DNA of 60,248 bases from Candidatus Magasanikiibacteriota bacterium (GTDB lineage Bacteria > Patescibacteriota > Patescibacteriia > Magasanikbacterales > GWA2-37-8), in contig JACPGS010000012.1 of the NCBI GenBank assembly GCA_016189025.1, positions 1 to 60,248 on the forward strand, given 5' to 3'. The number at the start of each line of letters is the position of its first letter. Position 1 is the first letter of the stretch. Below, piece after piece: positions 43,419 to 52,573 of this stretch. The translations under genes and the position numbers were made by a program. The notes beneath the pieces are model-generated. The model ran no database searches and was not told the origin of the DNA. It was given only the letters and a program-made list of their open reading frames with translations.

Positions 43419-43735
43419 CCCGGGGGCGCCGGCGCGCCGGTGGTCAGCGCCCCTAAAGTGTGCACCAGGGCGAGCGTGTTCCAGATAATAAAAATGGCCA
43501 CGGCCGCCACCATTGCCAGCGTTACTATGGTATTGACCAAAGACATGCCCGGCACGGCGGCGTCCAGGATGATTGCCAAAATCCCCAGGCCGAACTGGAT
43601 AAGGAGAGGCAGCCAGAGGCCGAGCTGGAAAGGCGCCAGGGTGCGCCAGTGCCGGCGATACAGAGAGAAGCTTTGGTTAATGATTTCCGAGGCGGTAGGC
43701 AGCATAATTGCGGCAGAGTAAGGAGAATTAAGCAA
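43415..43735 (-). CDS. Membrane protein, N-terminal part (possibly the 5' half of a split gene)
   Basis: Hydrophobic 106-aa ORF. Its TGA overlaps the GTG of the next ORF (GTGA). Confidence 0.45.
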   Translation of the reverse strand: MLNSPYSAAIMLPTASEIINQSFSLYRRHWRTLAPFQLGLWLPLLIQFGLGILAIILDAAVPGMSLVNTIVTLAMVAAVAIFIIWNTLALVHTLGALTTGAPAPPG

Positions 43736-43740
43736 TAGGA

Positions 43741-43826
43741 TGTCATTCCCGCGAACGCGGGAATCCAGCGCCTGGATCCCCGCTGGAGTTTACCCTCGTG
43801 GATTCCCGCTTACGCGGGAATGACAC
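43741..43826. repeat. REP-like palindromic units (three)
   Basis: tgtcattcccgcgaacgcgggaatccag, ctggatccccgctgg.., tggattcccgcttacgcgggaatgacac. The last unit encodes the final residues (RVIPA) and the stop codon of tmk. Confidence 0.75.
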
Positions 43827-44541
43827 GGGGGCGAGGATGACTCGCCAGCAGGCGAGAGAGTAAGCGGGTAGCTTCTTGTTGTAGTATATCAATTTTTACG
43901 TCGGCCGCCAAGTCGTGTATTACAGTGCCGCAATCGGTGAAGAGGGCGCGGAATTGGGAAGAAGCAAAACGCGCCGCCGCCGCAGTCTGGAAAGCCAAGT
44001 TTTCAAAGATCACATTATCGCGTTTGGTAGTGCGTTTCCCCAGGCGAGAGAGCGCAACGGCGGGTTCAGAGTTAAGTAGCACCAAATGATCGGGGGGGTG
44101 CTGCAGCGCCAGAGTATTGCCCGGGAGCGCGGTTAAAAATTTTTCAGTTAACTGACCGCTTAGCGCCTGGTAGCAGAGCGAAGTGGAAACGCCGCGATCT
44201 TGCAGCACGGTTTTGCCGTCCTGCAGCGCCGGCAGAATTACTGTGGTGTAAAGAATCAAACGATCCAGCGAGTAGGCTTCGGCAATGGCGCGTTCGGGAT
44301 ACCCCGTGCCCTGCCGGATTAGTTCGTCGCGAATCACGCGGCCGACGCCCGCGTGAGTAGGCTCGCCGGAGATAATAAAATTATAGGGCCGGAGTTCGGC
44401 GGCGCCGGGGTGGCGGTGGTGAATTTTCCAGTAAGCGCGCAGGTCAAATACGGCGTTGTCGGCGGCCAGCAAATAATCGGCCCAGGCCTGGAGCACCGTG
44501 CTTTTGCCGCTGCCGTCAATGCCGTCCACGATGGCGAACAT
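43810..44541 (-). CDS. tmk: Thymidylate kinase-like P-loop kinase
   Basis: MFAIVDGIDGSGKSTVLQAWADYL matches the dTMP kinase P-loop context. ATG 44541 is preferred over TTG 44553. Confidence 0.75.
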   Translation of the reverse strand: MFAIVDGIDGSGKSTVLQAWADYLLAADNAVFDLRAYWKIHHRHPGAAELRPYNFIISGEPTHAGVGRVIRDELIRQGTGYPERAIAEAYSLDRLILYTTVILPALQDGKTVLQDRGVSTSLCYQALSGQLTEKFLTALPGNTLALQHPPDHLVLLNSEPAVALSRLGKRTTKRDNVIFENLAFQTAAAARFASSQFRALFTDCGTVIHDLAADVKIDILQQEATRLLSRLLASHPRPRVIPA

Positions 44542-44620
44542 AGCAATTAACAATTAGCAATTAACAATTAGCAATTAGCAAGTTACCCAATACTTGTTCA
44601 TTGCTCTTTGTTAATTGTTC
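44542..44620. repeat. caattaacaat-type palindromic repeat
   Basis: agcaattaacaattagcaattaacaattagcaattagcaag / cttgttcattgctctttgttaattgtt. The right arm encodes the last codons (..RTINKEQ) and the stop of folA. Confidence 0.65.
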
Positions 44621-45089
44621 TTTTTTCATATTTCACAAACGCAAATCCCTGGTGGTCTTCGCGCCAGGTTTCTTGCCAGACCGTTCGGTCAATCGGCGGA
44701 AAGAAGGCGTCGCCGGCGTCAACCGTTTGGTGGACGCGGGTAATTTCCAGCACCTCGGCGAGCGGCAGCATTTCTTCGTAAATTTTCTGCCCGCCAAAGC
44801 CGATAATGGCTTCGTGGGGGTGCGCCGCTATCGCCTCATTAATAGTAATATACACCTCCACCCCTGGCGGGAATTGGGCGCGCGGGGCGCGGGTGATAAC
44901 CACATTGGTGCGGCCGGGCAGCGGCCGGCGAGACTCGGGGATAGACTCCCAGGTGCGGCGCCCCATTATCAGCACTTTGCCGAGCGTCAGCGCCTGCATC
45001 CGGCGCCAATCCTCGGGGATACGCCAGGGGATGCCCCCATTTTTGCCAATGCAGTTATTTTGCGCCACCGCGGCGACGAGGGTGATCAT
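44598..45089 (-). CDS. folA: Dihydrofolate reductase
   Basis: MITLVAAVAQNNCIGKNGGIPWRIPEDWRRMQALTLGKVLIMGRRTWESIP. The internal ATG is preferred, because the longer ORF to 45326 reads through the MITE. Confidence 0.9.
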   Translation of the reverse strand: MITLVAAVAQNNCIGKNGGIPWRIPEDWRRMQALTLGKVLIMGRRTWESIPESRRPLPGRTNVVITRAPRAQFPPGVEVYITINEAIAAHPHEAIIGFGGQKIYEEMLPLAEVLEITRVHQTVDAGDAFFPPIDRTVWQETWREDHQGFAFVKYEKRTINKEQ

Positions 45090-45109
45090 AGCAAATGGCA
45101 GTTCTATAT

Positions 45110-45299
45110 TAGATTGTTGAAGAATACCTACTGTATCGTTATTCGCCTGGTCGCTATCGCTACTGCTAAATTTAGCCTGGTTGGTCGCGGCAGACACTCT
45201 TTGGGTGCTCCCCCGATTTAATCGGGGTGCGCGCCCAAAGACACTCGTCTGCCGCGCCTTAATGCTAACTGGTTTTTCCTCCCATTCTTTTACAATCTC
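45110..45299 (-). mobile_element. MITE-like repeat, copy E (190 bp, reverse orientation)
   Basis: TIRs tagattgttgaagaat / attcttttacaatctc. Inner arms gtcgcggcagacactctttggg..cccaaagacactcgtctgccgcgc with the apical ccccgatttaatcgggg. It fills the thyA-folA spacer. Confidence 0.75.
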
Positions 45300-45303
45300 A
45301 TTT

Positions 45304-46176
45304 TTATACAGCAATCTCAAATTCAATCCGGGGGTAGCTTCCGTAGCCCACTATCTTACTGTGCTCGGCCTGCCAGCTGAAGATAGAAGTAAACGGCTCG
45401 GTTACCAGGCGGGGCAGGGGGTATTTAGCGGGGTCGCGGGATAATTGCTCGCGGGCGCCGTCCCGGTGGTTGACAAAAATATGCACATCGGCCAAAAAGC
45501 CGACCAGCTTGCCTTCCTGCAGTCCGGCCTCTTTGGCCAAGAGATGTAAGAGTAAGGCATAGCTCGCGATGTTAAAGGGTAGCCCGAGCATGGTGTCCAC
45601 CGAGCGCTGGTTCCAGAGCAAGTTCAGCCGGCCGTCAATTACCGTTACCTGGTAAGAGTAATGGCAGGGGGGCAGCGCCATTTCCCCCAGTTGCAGGGGA
45701 TTCCAGGCCGACACAATCATCCGGCGGTCGCGGGGATTAGTTTTGAGAGTTTCCACCAGGCGGCGCAGTTGGTCCACGCCCTGTCCGGCGTAGTCGGTAT
45801 CATAATTTTGGTACGGGGCATTAAAATGGCGCCACTGGAAGCCGTAGACTGGCCCCAAATCGCGCTCCTCTTGCATCCGCTGTCTTGCCGCCGCGTCGTG
45901 CCCGTAGGGAGCTTTACGCGGCGAGGCCCACTCGTCCCAAATATGATTATGGCGCTCCTGCAGCCAGCGCTTGTCGGTGAGTCCTTTAATAAAAAATTCC
46001 AGCTCGCTCGCAATCAGCCGGAAAGGCATTTTTTTGGTGGTGAGCAGGGGGAAGCCTTGCGCCAGGTCGTGCTCAAACATGGCGCCGGCGACGGTTAACG
46101 CGTCAGTCCCCTGGCGGGTGGGTACTTTAATACCGTTATCCAGCACGCGGCGGACGATATCTAAATAACTCTGCAT
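45304..46176 (-). CDS. thyA: Thymidylate synthase (ThyA type)
   Basis: MQSYLDIVRRVL.., ..RRMIVSAWNP.., ALPPCHYSYQ... The ATG at 46176 avoids overlap with the upstream ORF. Confidence 0.95.
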   Translation of the reverse strand: MQSYLDIVRRVLDNGIKVPTRQGTDALTVAGAMFEHDLAQGFPLLTTKKMPFRLIASELEFFIKGLTDKRWLQERHNHIWDEWASPRKAPYGHDAAARQRMQEERDLGPVYGFQWRHFNAPYQNYDTDYAGQGVDQLRRLVETLKTNPRDRRMIVSAWNPLQLGEMALPPCHYSYQVTVIDGRLNLLWNQRSVDTMLGLPFNIASYALLLHLLAKEAGLQEGKLVGFLADVHIFVNHRDGAREQLSRDPAKYPLPRLVTEPFTSIFSWQAEHSKIVGYGSYPRIEFEIAV

Positions 46177-46183
46177 AGCCGGT

Positions 46184-46465
46184 TTAGGCAGCATCTTCTT
46201 CACTTTCAATATCCTCTTCCCTTAATTCAATCTCTTCCGGCGGCGCGGTGGCGGCGCGGTCTTCGAGTTTTTCTAAAAGCGCCTCGGTTTCTTCCGGACG
46301 TTTGGCCATTTCGTGGATAAAAGTGGTCCGCGCCGCGCTCGGCGGATGTTCCGGCGTATAGACGCCGGCTTGTTTGCGGAAAGTATTAGGCGAAACAGGG
46401 AGAGCCTCGGGGGGACGACGTTTGTGTCGGTTCCGCGGGCTACGGCCATGGGTTTCCAGGTTCAT
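46184..46465 (-). CDS. Small hypothetical protein (basic N-terminus, acidic C-terminus)
   Basis: 93-aa ORF tightly packed between the 1504-aa gene and thyA. No recognisable motif. Confidence 0.45.
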   Translation of the reverse strand: MNLETHGRSPRNRHKRRPPEALPVSPNTFRKQAGVYTPEHPPSAARTTFIHEMAKRPEETEALLEKLEDRAATAPPEEIELREEDIESEEDAA

Positions 46466-46490
46466 ATGAGTAAAAGTTAAGAATTAAGAA

Positions 46491-49400
46491 TTATTTTTCC
46501 AGTTCGGCGGCTTTAGGCAACAGTTTTTGGAATTCCCGGAATTGTTCTTCGCCAGTAATTCCCATGGCTTCTAGCCTTAGCTGCGCATAGCGGCGCGGAT
46601 CGTTTCTTAAATCTGATGTCGTAGTGGCCAATAAGAGGTTATAGAGGCGGGAAAAGTCTCGGCGGTCAGCCTTATGTAATAAGCTAGCTAACCGTTCGCG
46701 CAGGGCGGCGCGGATGGCCGGGCGCGCTTCTTCCGGCGCCTCTCCGCGGTGCGCCTGGAAGACGTCAATTACCAGGTCGGTTGCTTTCATGGCGGCAAAA
46801 ATTGGGCGGATTAGCTCAACCTGCTCTTCCAGGGCTTGTTTGGCCTCGGCAAATTGTTCAAGAGTAGCGGCGGCAACGCCGGTAGTTTGGTTGAGTTTAA
46901 TTTGCAGTTTATCCAGCTCGGAGAGCGGCCCTGCCAGCCGTTCGTCCGCAAAATCTCCGGCTCCGGGGCGCGTTCCTTGGTAGGCGATAACTATTTCGGC
47001 CAGCCGGCGCGCGCGTAATACGCTGCTTTCTGCCAGCAGCAGGCGGCGCAGATGCTGGTCCGGAGACTGTAGCGCCTCGTTAAGGAGGGGTGCAAGGCGG
47101 CGTTGCTTTGCCGTTAACTCAACCACCCGGCTGATCGTAGCCTGGCGCAGAGCCGGGTCAGTAGTCGCCCGAAGCAATTCTAACACAGCCCGGTAGGGAC
47201 GGGGCGAGCGTTTGGAAAGAGCGTGTTTGGCAAGCTCAATAATCAACAACTGGGCACTGGCCCCCTGCTCTGCCTCCGGGGCCGCGCCGCCGTATAGTTT
47301 GCCCTGCAACGCGGCAATTACCGGAGGAGTAAGCCGGTCTTGGTCGCTTAATTGGTTAAGGGCGCTAGCCAAGGCGGCAAAATCGCGATCTTGGCCAAAA
47401 CGGTCAAACGCCTCGGTGAGCGCCGCAATACTGGCGCCGGTTTCCGCCGGCGTTTCGGTCCGGGAGGCAGCGGGCGCAAGCGGGGCTTCATTCAAGGCAG
47501 CAGGCTCGGCGGCCGCGGTCTCCGCTTCTTCAGTTGTTTCTCCCTCGTCTGCCCCCCAGTCAAATTCAATGTCTCCGCCTTCCGCTGCTTCTGGCGGTGC
47601 TTCGGGGGTAGGCGGCCGGCGGATGTCGTCCACTATTTGCTGGAGTCGGTCAGGCAGATTCAGGATGCCTCCGAAGGTATCTTTAAGTTGTTCCTTCAGA
47701 TAATTATAAACCGCCTCGTTGCGCTGGATTATAAAACGCTCAATCGCCGCGGCAAATTTTTCACGGTTGCCCGGGGTTCGACTCACCCGCTCCAGCACTG
47801 CCCGGCAGAATTCCTCGCGGGTAGGCTGGGTTTTGAATTCATGTATCAAGTAGTCAAACAGTGATTTAACCGCTTTACTGAAGCCAATAGGCGTTTCTTC
47901 TTCAATTTGTACTGCTTCAACTGGGGCGGTGGGGCGAGGCGGCGGCGGGGGAAGTTCGGCTACCACCTCGGCGATATCTTCGTCGGTAACCTCTAGTTCT
48001 ACTCTCGGTAGTATAACAGTCAGCCGTTCGGGGAGCGGCGCCCCAGTGGCTGCTTCGTAAGCCCGAATATCGTGCGCCATAGTGGACGAAAATACTACCG
48101 GCGGTTCTTCTGTTGCTGAAAGCGGAGCCGGAATTGCTTCCGGGAGCGGGGGAACTGGCGCTGCCGCCTCCTCCCCGACGCCGGCCGGTTCTTTTCCGGA
48201 TAGAGGAACAGCAGCGGCGGCTTTGTCCAACGCTAGCCGGAGAGCTTCCAATTTTTCCTTAGAATCGGGTATCAGTTTTTCTCTTTCCTTGTACTTGGAT
48301 ATCAGTTCTTCGGCGGCGGCGCGTAATGCCGGGTCTTCGGCAGCCGGAGGAGCTGCCCGGGGAGGTTCAGCAACAGCCGCTGGCGGAGCTCCTATACCCA
48401 AGCTTACTTCCCCGGGAAACGCGGCTCGGGCCGGGGCAGCCGCCGGCGTCGGTGCGGCAGGTGGGAGTCCTTCGTCTGGCGGCAGCAACGGACGAAGAGC
48501 CGGTCCTTCCCGTTCTGTTGCTGCCGACGGTGGTTTGGATTCTAGACCGGAGGGCGGCGGGCCGCCCCTCATTTCAGTAACAAATTTAGCCCCAGGTTCG
48601 TCTAACCCTCCGCCGACAATTATTCTTGGCGCGGCTTCTCCCGGCGGAGCGCCTGCCATCGTATCTGCTACTGCGGCAGGTCCGCGATGTCTTTCTCCCG
48701 GCGGGGTCGGGCGTTTGGGGCCGCCTGGCCCGGTGGCGCCTGTGGTATGGCCGCGCGCCGCCCCGGTTGTTCCTAATTTTATTTTCGGACCCGCGGCGCG
48801 TTTGGCTTCTGCCGCCCCCTCTTCTTTAGCGGTCTGCTCTTCGGGAGTAAACACATAGTATTGCCCCCTGGTATCAGTAGGTTGAATCAGATATAAGCGT
48901 TCTAGCTCCGCAATTAACTGCGCCAGTCGTTGGGGCGCCGAAAAGCCGAATCTTTGCATCAATTCTTTTTCAGTAATCAAGCGATCCGGGTGTTCGCTGG
49001 GAAATTGGTCCCGCAGATACTCTTTGACGTCGCCTTCCAGATAGTTATCAACTGTTTTAGAATACTGATCAAAAATTTTCCGCCAGGCTGCTGCCTGCTC
49101 TTTAACCCGCGGCCCAAGCGCCGCTACCACCCGGTAAATAATTTGGTCATAATCCGCCTCGCGCAGCGCCATCGCCAGCCCCCGCTCTTTGGATTTTTGT
49201 TTGACGATGCGGGCAATCAAGCGTTCCAAAAAATTTATTTGCGCCTCCTGAAGCTTAATTTGCGCCGCCTCCAGCATATCTATAATCCGTCCGCGCGCCT
49301 CGGCGACGGCAAATTCGCGCCGTCGTTCCTGCGCTTGTTTTTGCAGTCTGTTCGTTTCATATTCAGTAATTTTTTGGCCAAAAGTTCCGCGCACCCCTTC

Positions 49401-51005
49401 CCATTGGCGGAGCCGTTTTTCCCAGTCAGCAATCTGGGCATCAGTTAATTCCGGAGGCGCTGGCTGGCCGGTACGGGGAAATTGCCGGCGATAATGGTCA
49501 ATCGCGATTTTGGCCAGTTCATTAACCATCCGGTCGTAATCAATATCTTCCCAGCTGCCGCCGCGCGCTAAATTTAGCTGACGGGCAATGGCCTCGTCCA
49601 GGGACGCCTCGATCATTTCTGTTTCTGCTTTCGCCAGCGCCGGGAAAGACTTCTTTAGTCGCCGCCGGGCTTCTTTGGCCGCTTCATCGCTTGACGGCAG
49701 AATGGCCGTTTCTGGTTCCTCGGCAACTTCTTCTGATGTTTCTTCCTGCAGTCGTTCCAAAAGTTCTGCCGGCGTTTCTTTGGACCGAAGTCTAATCGCG
49801 GCGCCTACCCGGCCTACCAGGCCAGGTTGATGCTGTGTTCGTGATTCACGCCGGAAGATATTGGGCAAGGTTTGATCGGCCAAAGTTTTTTCTCCAGCCA
49901 TTAGCGAATCCAACTCTTCGGCCTCGGGAAAAAAGAATTTTTTGCCGGAAAAGGCATCCGTCACCTCTACGCCAATCATCCGTGCCCCTCCTTTTTCGCC
50001 TTCGGTAACGGCAGTAATTGTGCCGTTCACCAAGCCGAGGTAAGTTTTTTTCGGTTGCCGTTTTCGCGTCTGCGGATCTTCCTGATGGTAGGTATAAGCG
50101 ACGGTAAAGTTTCTATCGCTGGGCGTTTTAAATTCCTGCACGAACACCACCTGTTTGCCCAGCCGGAAAATATCCGCCAGCGCTTCTTTTTGGCGTTCCT
50201 CGGTGTCTTTTGCTTTTAGAAATGCTTCTTCTTCCGGCCACAAGGGCCACCGGTCTTTAGTTTTAAACTCAACGTTTATCGGCTGCTGGTCACAGCTGGT
50301 ACGATCCAGCAGATTTTTATTTTTGTTTTTAAAATTAATGGTAATCTGCATCTGGGCGCGGTCGCAGCCGGCCACTGCATCCAACAGGTTTTGGGTATAT
50401 TGAATGCGCTCTGCGGCCCGGGCCTTCAGCTTATTTAAAATTTTTGTTGGCCCGGCAGCGGGCGGGAAGTCAGCCGCTTTTTCCCAGTCGGCGCGCGCTT
50501 TTTGCCAGCGCGCCGCGGCTTCTTCTTGATAGCTTAAGCGGTAGTCCTGGGCATTGGCGTGGTAATTGACGCTGGCCAGGCGCAGTTCTTTTACCGCTTT
50601 CAGGTAGCGGTCTAGTGCTGCCTTATTTTCACCCGGCTCCAGATTGGCCAGGTGTTTGGCTAGCGTATCCTCCCACCCCTTTTCTTGCATGTCCGCGCGG
50701 TTAAACACCCGCAAACTCTTTTCCATCTGCTGTACCCGTTTTTCCGGTTCGCCCAGCGCTTTTAGCAGCGCCATGCGTTCTTTGTGCTCTATGAGCTTAT
50801 GCCCGCGGTGCGCATCAAACCCCATCTTAAACGGGAGGCCGTTTTCCCGCGCGGTGCGGTAGCGGTGATGGCGCAATGCCACCACGGCCTCGGCTACGGT
50901 GGCCGGAGCATGATGCTCGGCCGCCGCTTCCGGGTGGCGGGCATCAGCTGGTTTTGGTTGGGGTTCTGGCGGGGGCGCGCCGCGTCCGCGTTCGCTGGGA
51001 CTCAT
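46491..51005 (-). CDS. Orphan giant protein (1504 aa) with a central Pro/Ala/Gly-rich low-complexity region and helical flanks
   Basis: Uninterrupted 4.5-kb ORF co-oriented with the thymidylate operon. No signal peptide, TM segment or catalytic motif that I can recognise. Confidence 0.7.
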   Translation of the reverse strand: MSPSERGRGAPPPEPQPKPADARHPEAAAEHHAPATVAEAVVALRHHRYRTARENGLPFKMGFDAHRGHKLIEHKERMALLKALGEPEKRVQQMEKSLRVFNRADMQEKGWEDTLAKHLANLEPGENKAALDRYLKAVKELRLASVNYHANAQDYRLSYQEEAAARWQKARADWEKAADFPPAAGPTKILNKLKARAAERIQYTQNLLDAVAGCDRAQMQITINFKNKNKNLLDRTSCDQQPINVEFKTKDRWPLWPEEEAFLKAKDTEERQKEALADIFRLGKQVVFVQEFKTPSDRNFTVAYTYHQEDPQTRKRQPKKTYLGLVNGTITAVTEGEKGGARMIGVEVTDAFSGKKFFFPEAEELDSLMAGEKTLADQTLPNIFRRESRTQHQPGLVGRVGAAIRLRSKETPAELLERLQEETSEEVAEEPETAILPSSDEAAKEARRRLKKSFPALAKAETEMIEASLDEAIARQLNLARGGSWEDIDYDRMVNELAKIAIDHYRRQFPRTGQPAPPELTDAQIADWEKRLRQWEGVRGTFGQKITEYETNRLQKQAQERRREFAVAEARGRIIDMLEAAQIKLQEAQINFLERLIARIVKQKSKERGLAMALREADYDQIIYRVVAALGPRVKEQAAAWRKIFDQYSKTVDNYLEGDVKEYLRDQFPSEHPDRLITEKELMQRFGFSAPQRLAQLIAELERLYLIQPTDTRGQYYVFTPEEQTAKEEGAAEAKRAAGPKIKLGTTGAARGHTTGATGPGGPKRPTPPGERHRGPAAVADTMAGAPPGEAAPRIIVGGGLDEPGAKFVTEMRGGPPPSGLESKPPSAATEREGPALRPLLPPDEGLPPAAPTPAAAPARAAFPGEVSLGIGAPPAAVAEPPRAAPPAAEDPALRAAAEELISKYKEREKLIPDSKEKLEALRLALDKAAAAVPLSGKEPAGVGEEAAAPVPPLPEAIPAPLSATEEPPVVFSSTMAHDIRAYEAATGAPLPERLTVILPRVELEVTDEDIAEVVAELPPPPPRPTAPVEAVQIEEETPIGFSKAVKSLFDYLIHEFKTQPTREEFCRAVLERVSRTPGNREKFAAAIERFIIQRNEAVYNYLKEQLKDTFGGILNLPDRLQQIVDDIRRPPTPEAPPEAAEGGDIEFDWGADEGETTEEAETAAAEPAALNEAPLAPAASRTETPAETGASIAALTEAFDRFGQDRDFAALASALNQLSDQDRLTPPVIAALQGKLYGGAAPEAEQGASAQLLIIELAKHALSKRSPRPYRAVLELLRATTDPALRQATISRVVELTAKQRRLAPLLNEALQSPDQHLRRLLLAESSVLRARRLAEIVIAYQGTRPGAGDFADERLAGPLSELDKLQIKLNQTTGVAAATLEQFAEAKQALEEQVELIRPIFAAMKATDLVIDVFQAHRGEAPEEARPAIRAALRERLASLLHKADRRDFSRLYNLLLATTTSDLRNDPRRYAQLRLEAMGITGEEQFREFQKLLPKAAELEK

Positions 51006-51017
51006 AATTTAAGGGGA

Positions 51018-51206
51018 TTACAAATGAGAAATTTTTTGTTTAATCCGGTTAACCTGTTCGGCCTCGCGCTCCCGGGCAATGTCGGCAATAGTCTGGTCAA
51101 TAATCCGGTCGCGTTCATTTTCTAAACCGCGCCACGACCGGAGCATTTGCTGATAGCTTTGGGTAAGGCGGTTAAGGAGCGTACGCCACTCCGCTAAAGT
51201 AGGCAT
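51018..51206 (-). CDS. Small coiled-coil-like hypothetical protein (62 aa)
   Basis: MPTLAEWRTLLNRLTQSYQQMLRSWRGLENERDRIIDQ... It ends 12 nt before the giant ORF. Confidence 0.4.
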   Translation of the reverse strand: MPTLAEWRTLLNRLTQSYQQMLRSWRGLENERDRIIDQTIADIAREREAEQVNRIKQKISHL

Positions 51207-51308
51207 GTGGCAATTTAGAATTTTTGAAACGGCAGAAGGTTGTCGGCTTCTCCCTAATACTAACCGGGTTGGCGATGATTCTACGTACAGAGCAGTTTTA
51301 TACTTACT

Positions 51309-51749
51309 TTACCTCCCAGTACTGCCGAAGCCGCCCCGGTTGCGCGCTTTAACGGCGGTAATTTCTCGCCAGCGGGCTTTGGTAATGGGGATTAACAACC
51401 CTTGGGCAATTCGCTCGCCGCGTTTTACGGCCGTGCGGCGATTAGTAAAATTGTATACCGGAATGGTAATTTCGTCGCCCGGCCCGCAGTAATCATTATC
51501 AATAATACCGAAGCCGTTGGGGAATAGCAAACCCTTTTTCAGGGCCAGGCTGGAGCGCGGGGCAATGGTGAGCACGTATCCTTTAGGAGTAGCGATAATC
51601 AGGTTGGCCGGAATTTTAGCCAGGGCGCGCGGGGCGACCGCCGTGGTTTTGCGGGCATAAAGATCAAACGCCGCGGCGCCGGCCGTGTGGTAGCCGGGGA
51701 GCGGCAGCGCCGGGTCTATTCTTTTGATGGTGATAGCGAGAGGCTTCAT
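51309..51749 (-). CDS. dut: dUTP diphosphatase
   Basis: ..GYHTAGAAAFDLYA.., ..GIIDNDYCG.., C-terminal RGGFGSTG. Confidence 0.9.
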   Translation of the reverse strand: MKPLAITIKRIDPALPLPGYHTAGAAAFDLYARKTTAVAPRALAKIPANLIIATPKGYVLTIAPRSSLALKKGLLFPNGFGIIDNDYCGPGDEITIPVYNFTNRRTAVKRGERIAQGLLIPITKARWREITAVKARNRGGFGSTGR

Positions 51750-51789
51750 AATTTTGAAGTCATTTCAAAAACAAACACGAGGACGTAGT

Positions 51790-51870
51790 TGTCATTCCCG
51801 CGGAAGCGGGAATCCAGTGTCTAGACTAATGTAGCGATTGTCTAGATTCCCGTTTGCACGGGAATGACAG
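51790..51870. repeat. REP-like palindromic units
   Basis: tgtcattcccgcggaagcgggaatccag .. ctagattcccgtttgcacgggaatgacag. Confidence 0.75.
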
Positions 51871-51889
51871 TTTTACAACGACTTCTTTA

Positions 51890-52573
51890 TCATTTTACCA
51901 ACGCGTCTACCTGCCGATACAGTTTGGCAAACGTTCCGTTGTTGTCAATCGTTGCCGCCGCCTCTTTAGCCACGGCCTTAATTTGTTGTTCGGACTCGGC
52001 CCGGCCCTCGGCTTGGAATTGTTCCCAGGATTTAGCGCGATCATCCGGATTTTCGCGGCGCCCGGTGAGCCGTTCATAACGTTTACGCTCATCGGCCGTT
52101 AGCGCCACCAGCCGGAAGCCGGGGAGTTTTTTCAGGTCAATCATATCGGCGGCGCGGCGGATGCCTTCAATAATCACCAGCGGCGCGGCATCGGCCGCGG
52201 CATCGGCCGCCAGAATTTTAGAAAGCAAATCCTCGCCGAAGTTCTGCCGCAAGAGCGTGGAGAGCTGCTGCAGGTTGGCCCGCGTTTCCGGCCGGTGCAG
52301 CCGGGCTAAAACATCGCGCAGGGGGTCGGAAAAGCGGTGCGTTACTGCTCCGTATTTTTTTTTCAGATAATTGGTGACGGTTGTTTTGCCGGAGGCCATT
52401 TCGCCCACCAGCCCCAGGATTAATTTATTAGAAGTCCGCGAATACCCGGCGGCTCTGCCGCCGGGTAAGCGGACAACTAAAGATAGATCCGTCGGCGGAG
52501 CCGACTCCGCTACTAAAAAACCCGCCCCGATACCCGGCAGCCCTGCTGCCGGGTCGGGTTTATTGTCGGTCAT
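51890..52573 (-). CDS. P-loop nucleotide/nucleoside kinase (dephospho-CoA kinase / dNMP kinase-like)
   Basis: LILGLVGEMASGKTTVTNYLKKKYG Walker A motif. The ATG at 52573 is preferred, because the longer ORF overlaps the deaminase gene. Confidence 0.6.
   Translation of the reverse strand: MTDNKPDPAAGLPGIGAGFLVAESAPPTDLSLVVRLPGGRAAGYSRTSNKLILGLVGEMASGKTTVTNYLKKKYGAVTHRFSDPLRDVLARLHRPETRANLQQLSTLLRQNFGEDLLSKILAADAAADAAPLVIIEGIRRAADMIDLKKLPGFRLVALTADERKRYERLTGRRENPDDRAKSWEQFQAEGRAESEQQIKAVAKEAAATIDNNGTFAKLYRQVDALVK

Noticed and set aside
41531-43721. Long + strand ORFs 41531..42469 (312 aa) and 42963..43721 (252 aa)
   Set aside because: They are antisense to gatB and to the membrane-protein ORFs. 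Both are rich in R/G/P/Q, which is characteristic of GC-rich shadow frames.
44601-45221. 206-aa + strand ORF over folA and the MITE
   Set aside because: It is antisense to a clear DHFR gene and continues through a repeat element.
48082-48858. 258-aa + strand ORF (and other + ORFs 46714-50862) inside the giant gene
   Set aside because: These are shadow ORFs of the Pro/Ala-rich region of the 1504-aa minus-strand ORF, with extreme Ala/Gly/Ser low complexity.
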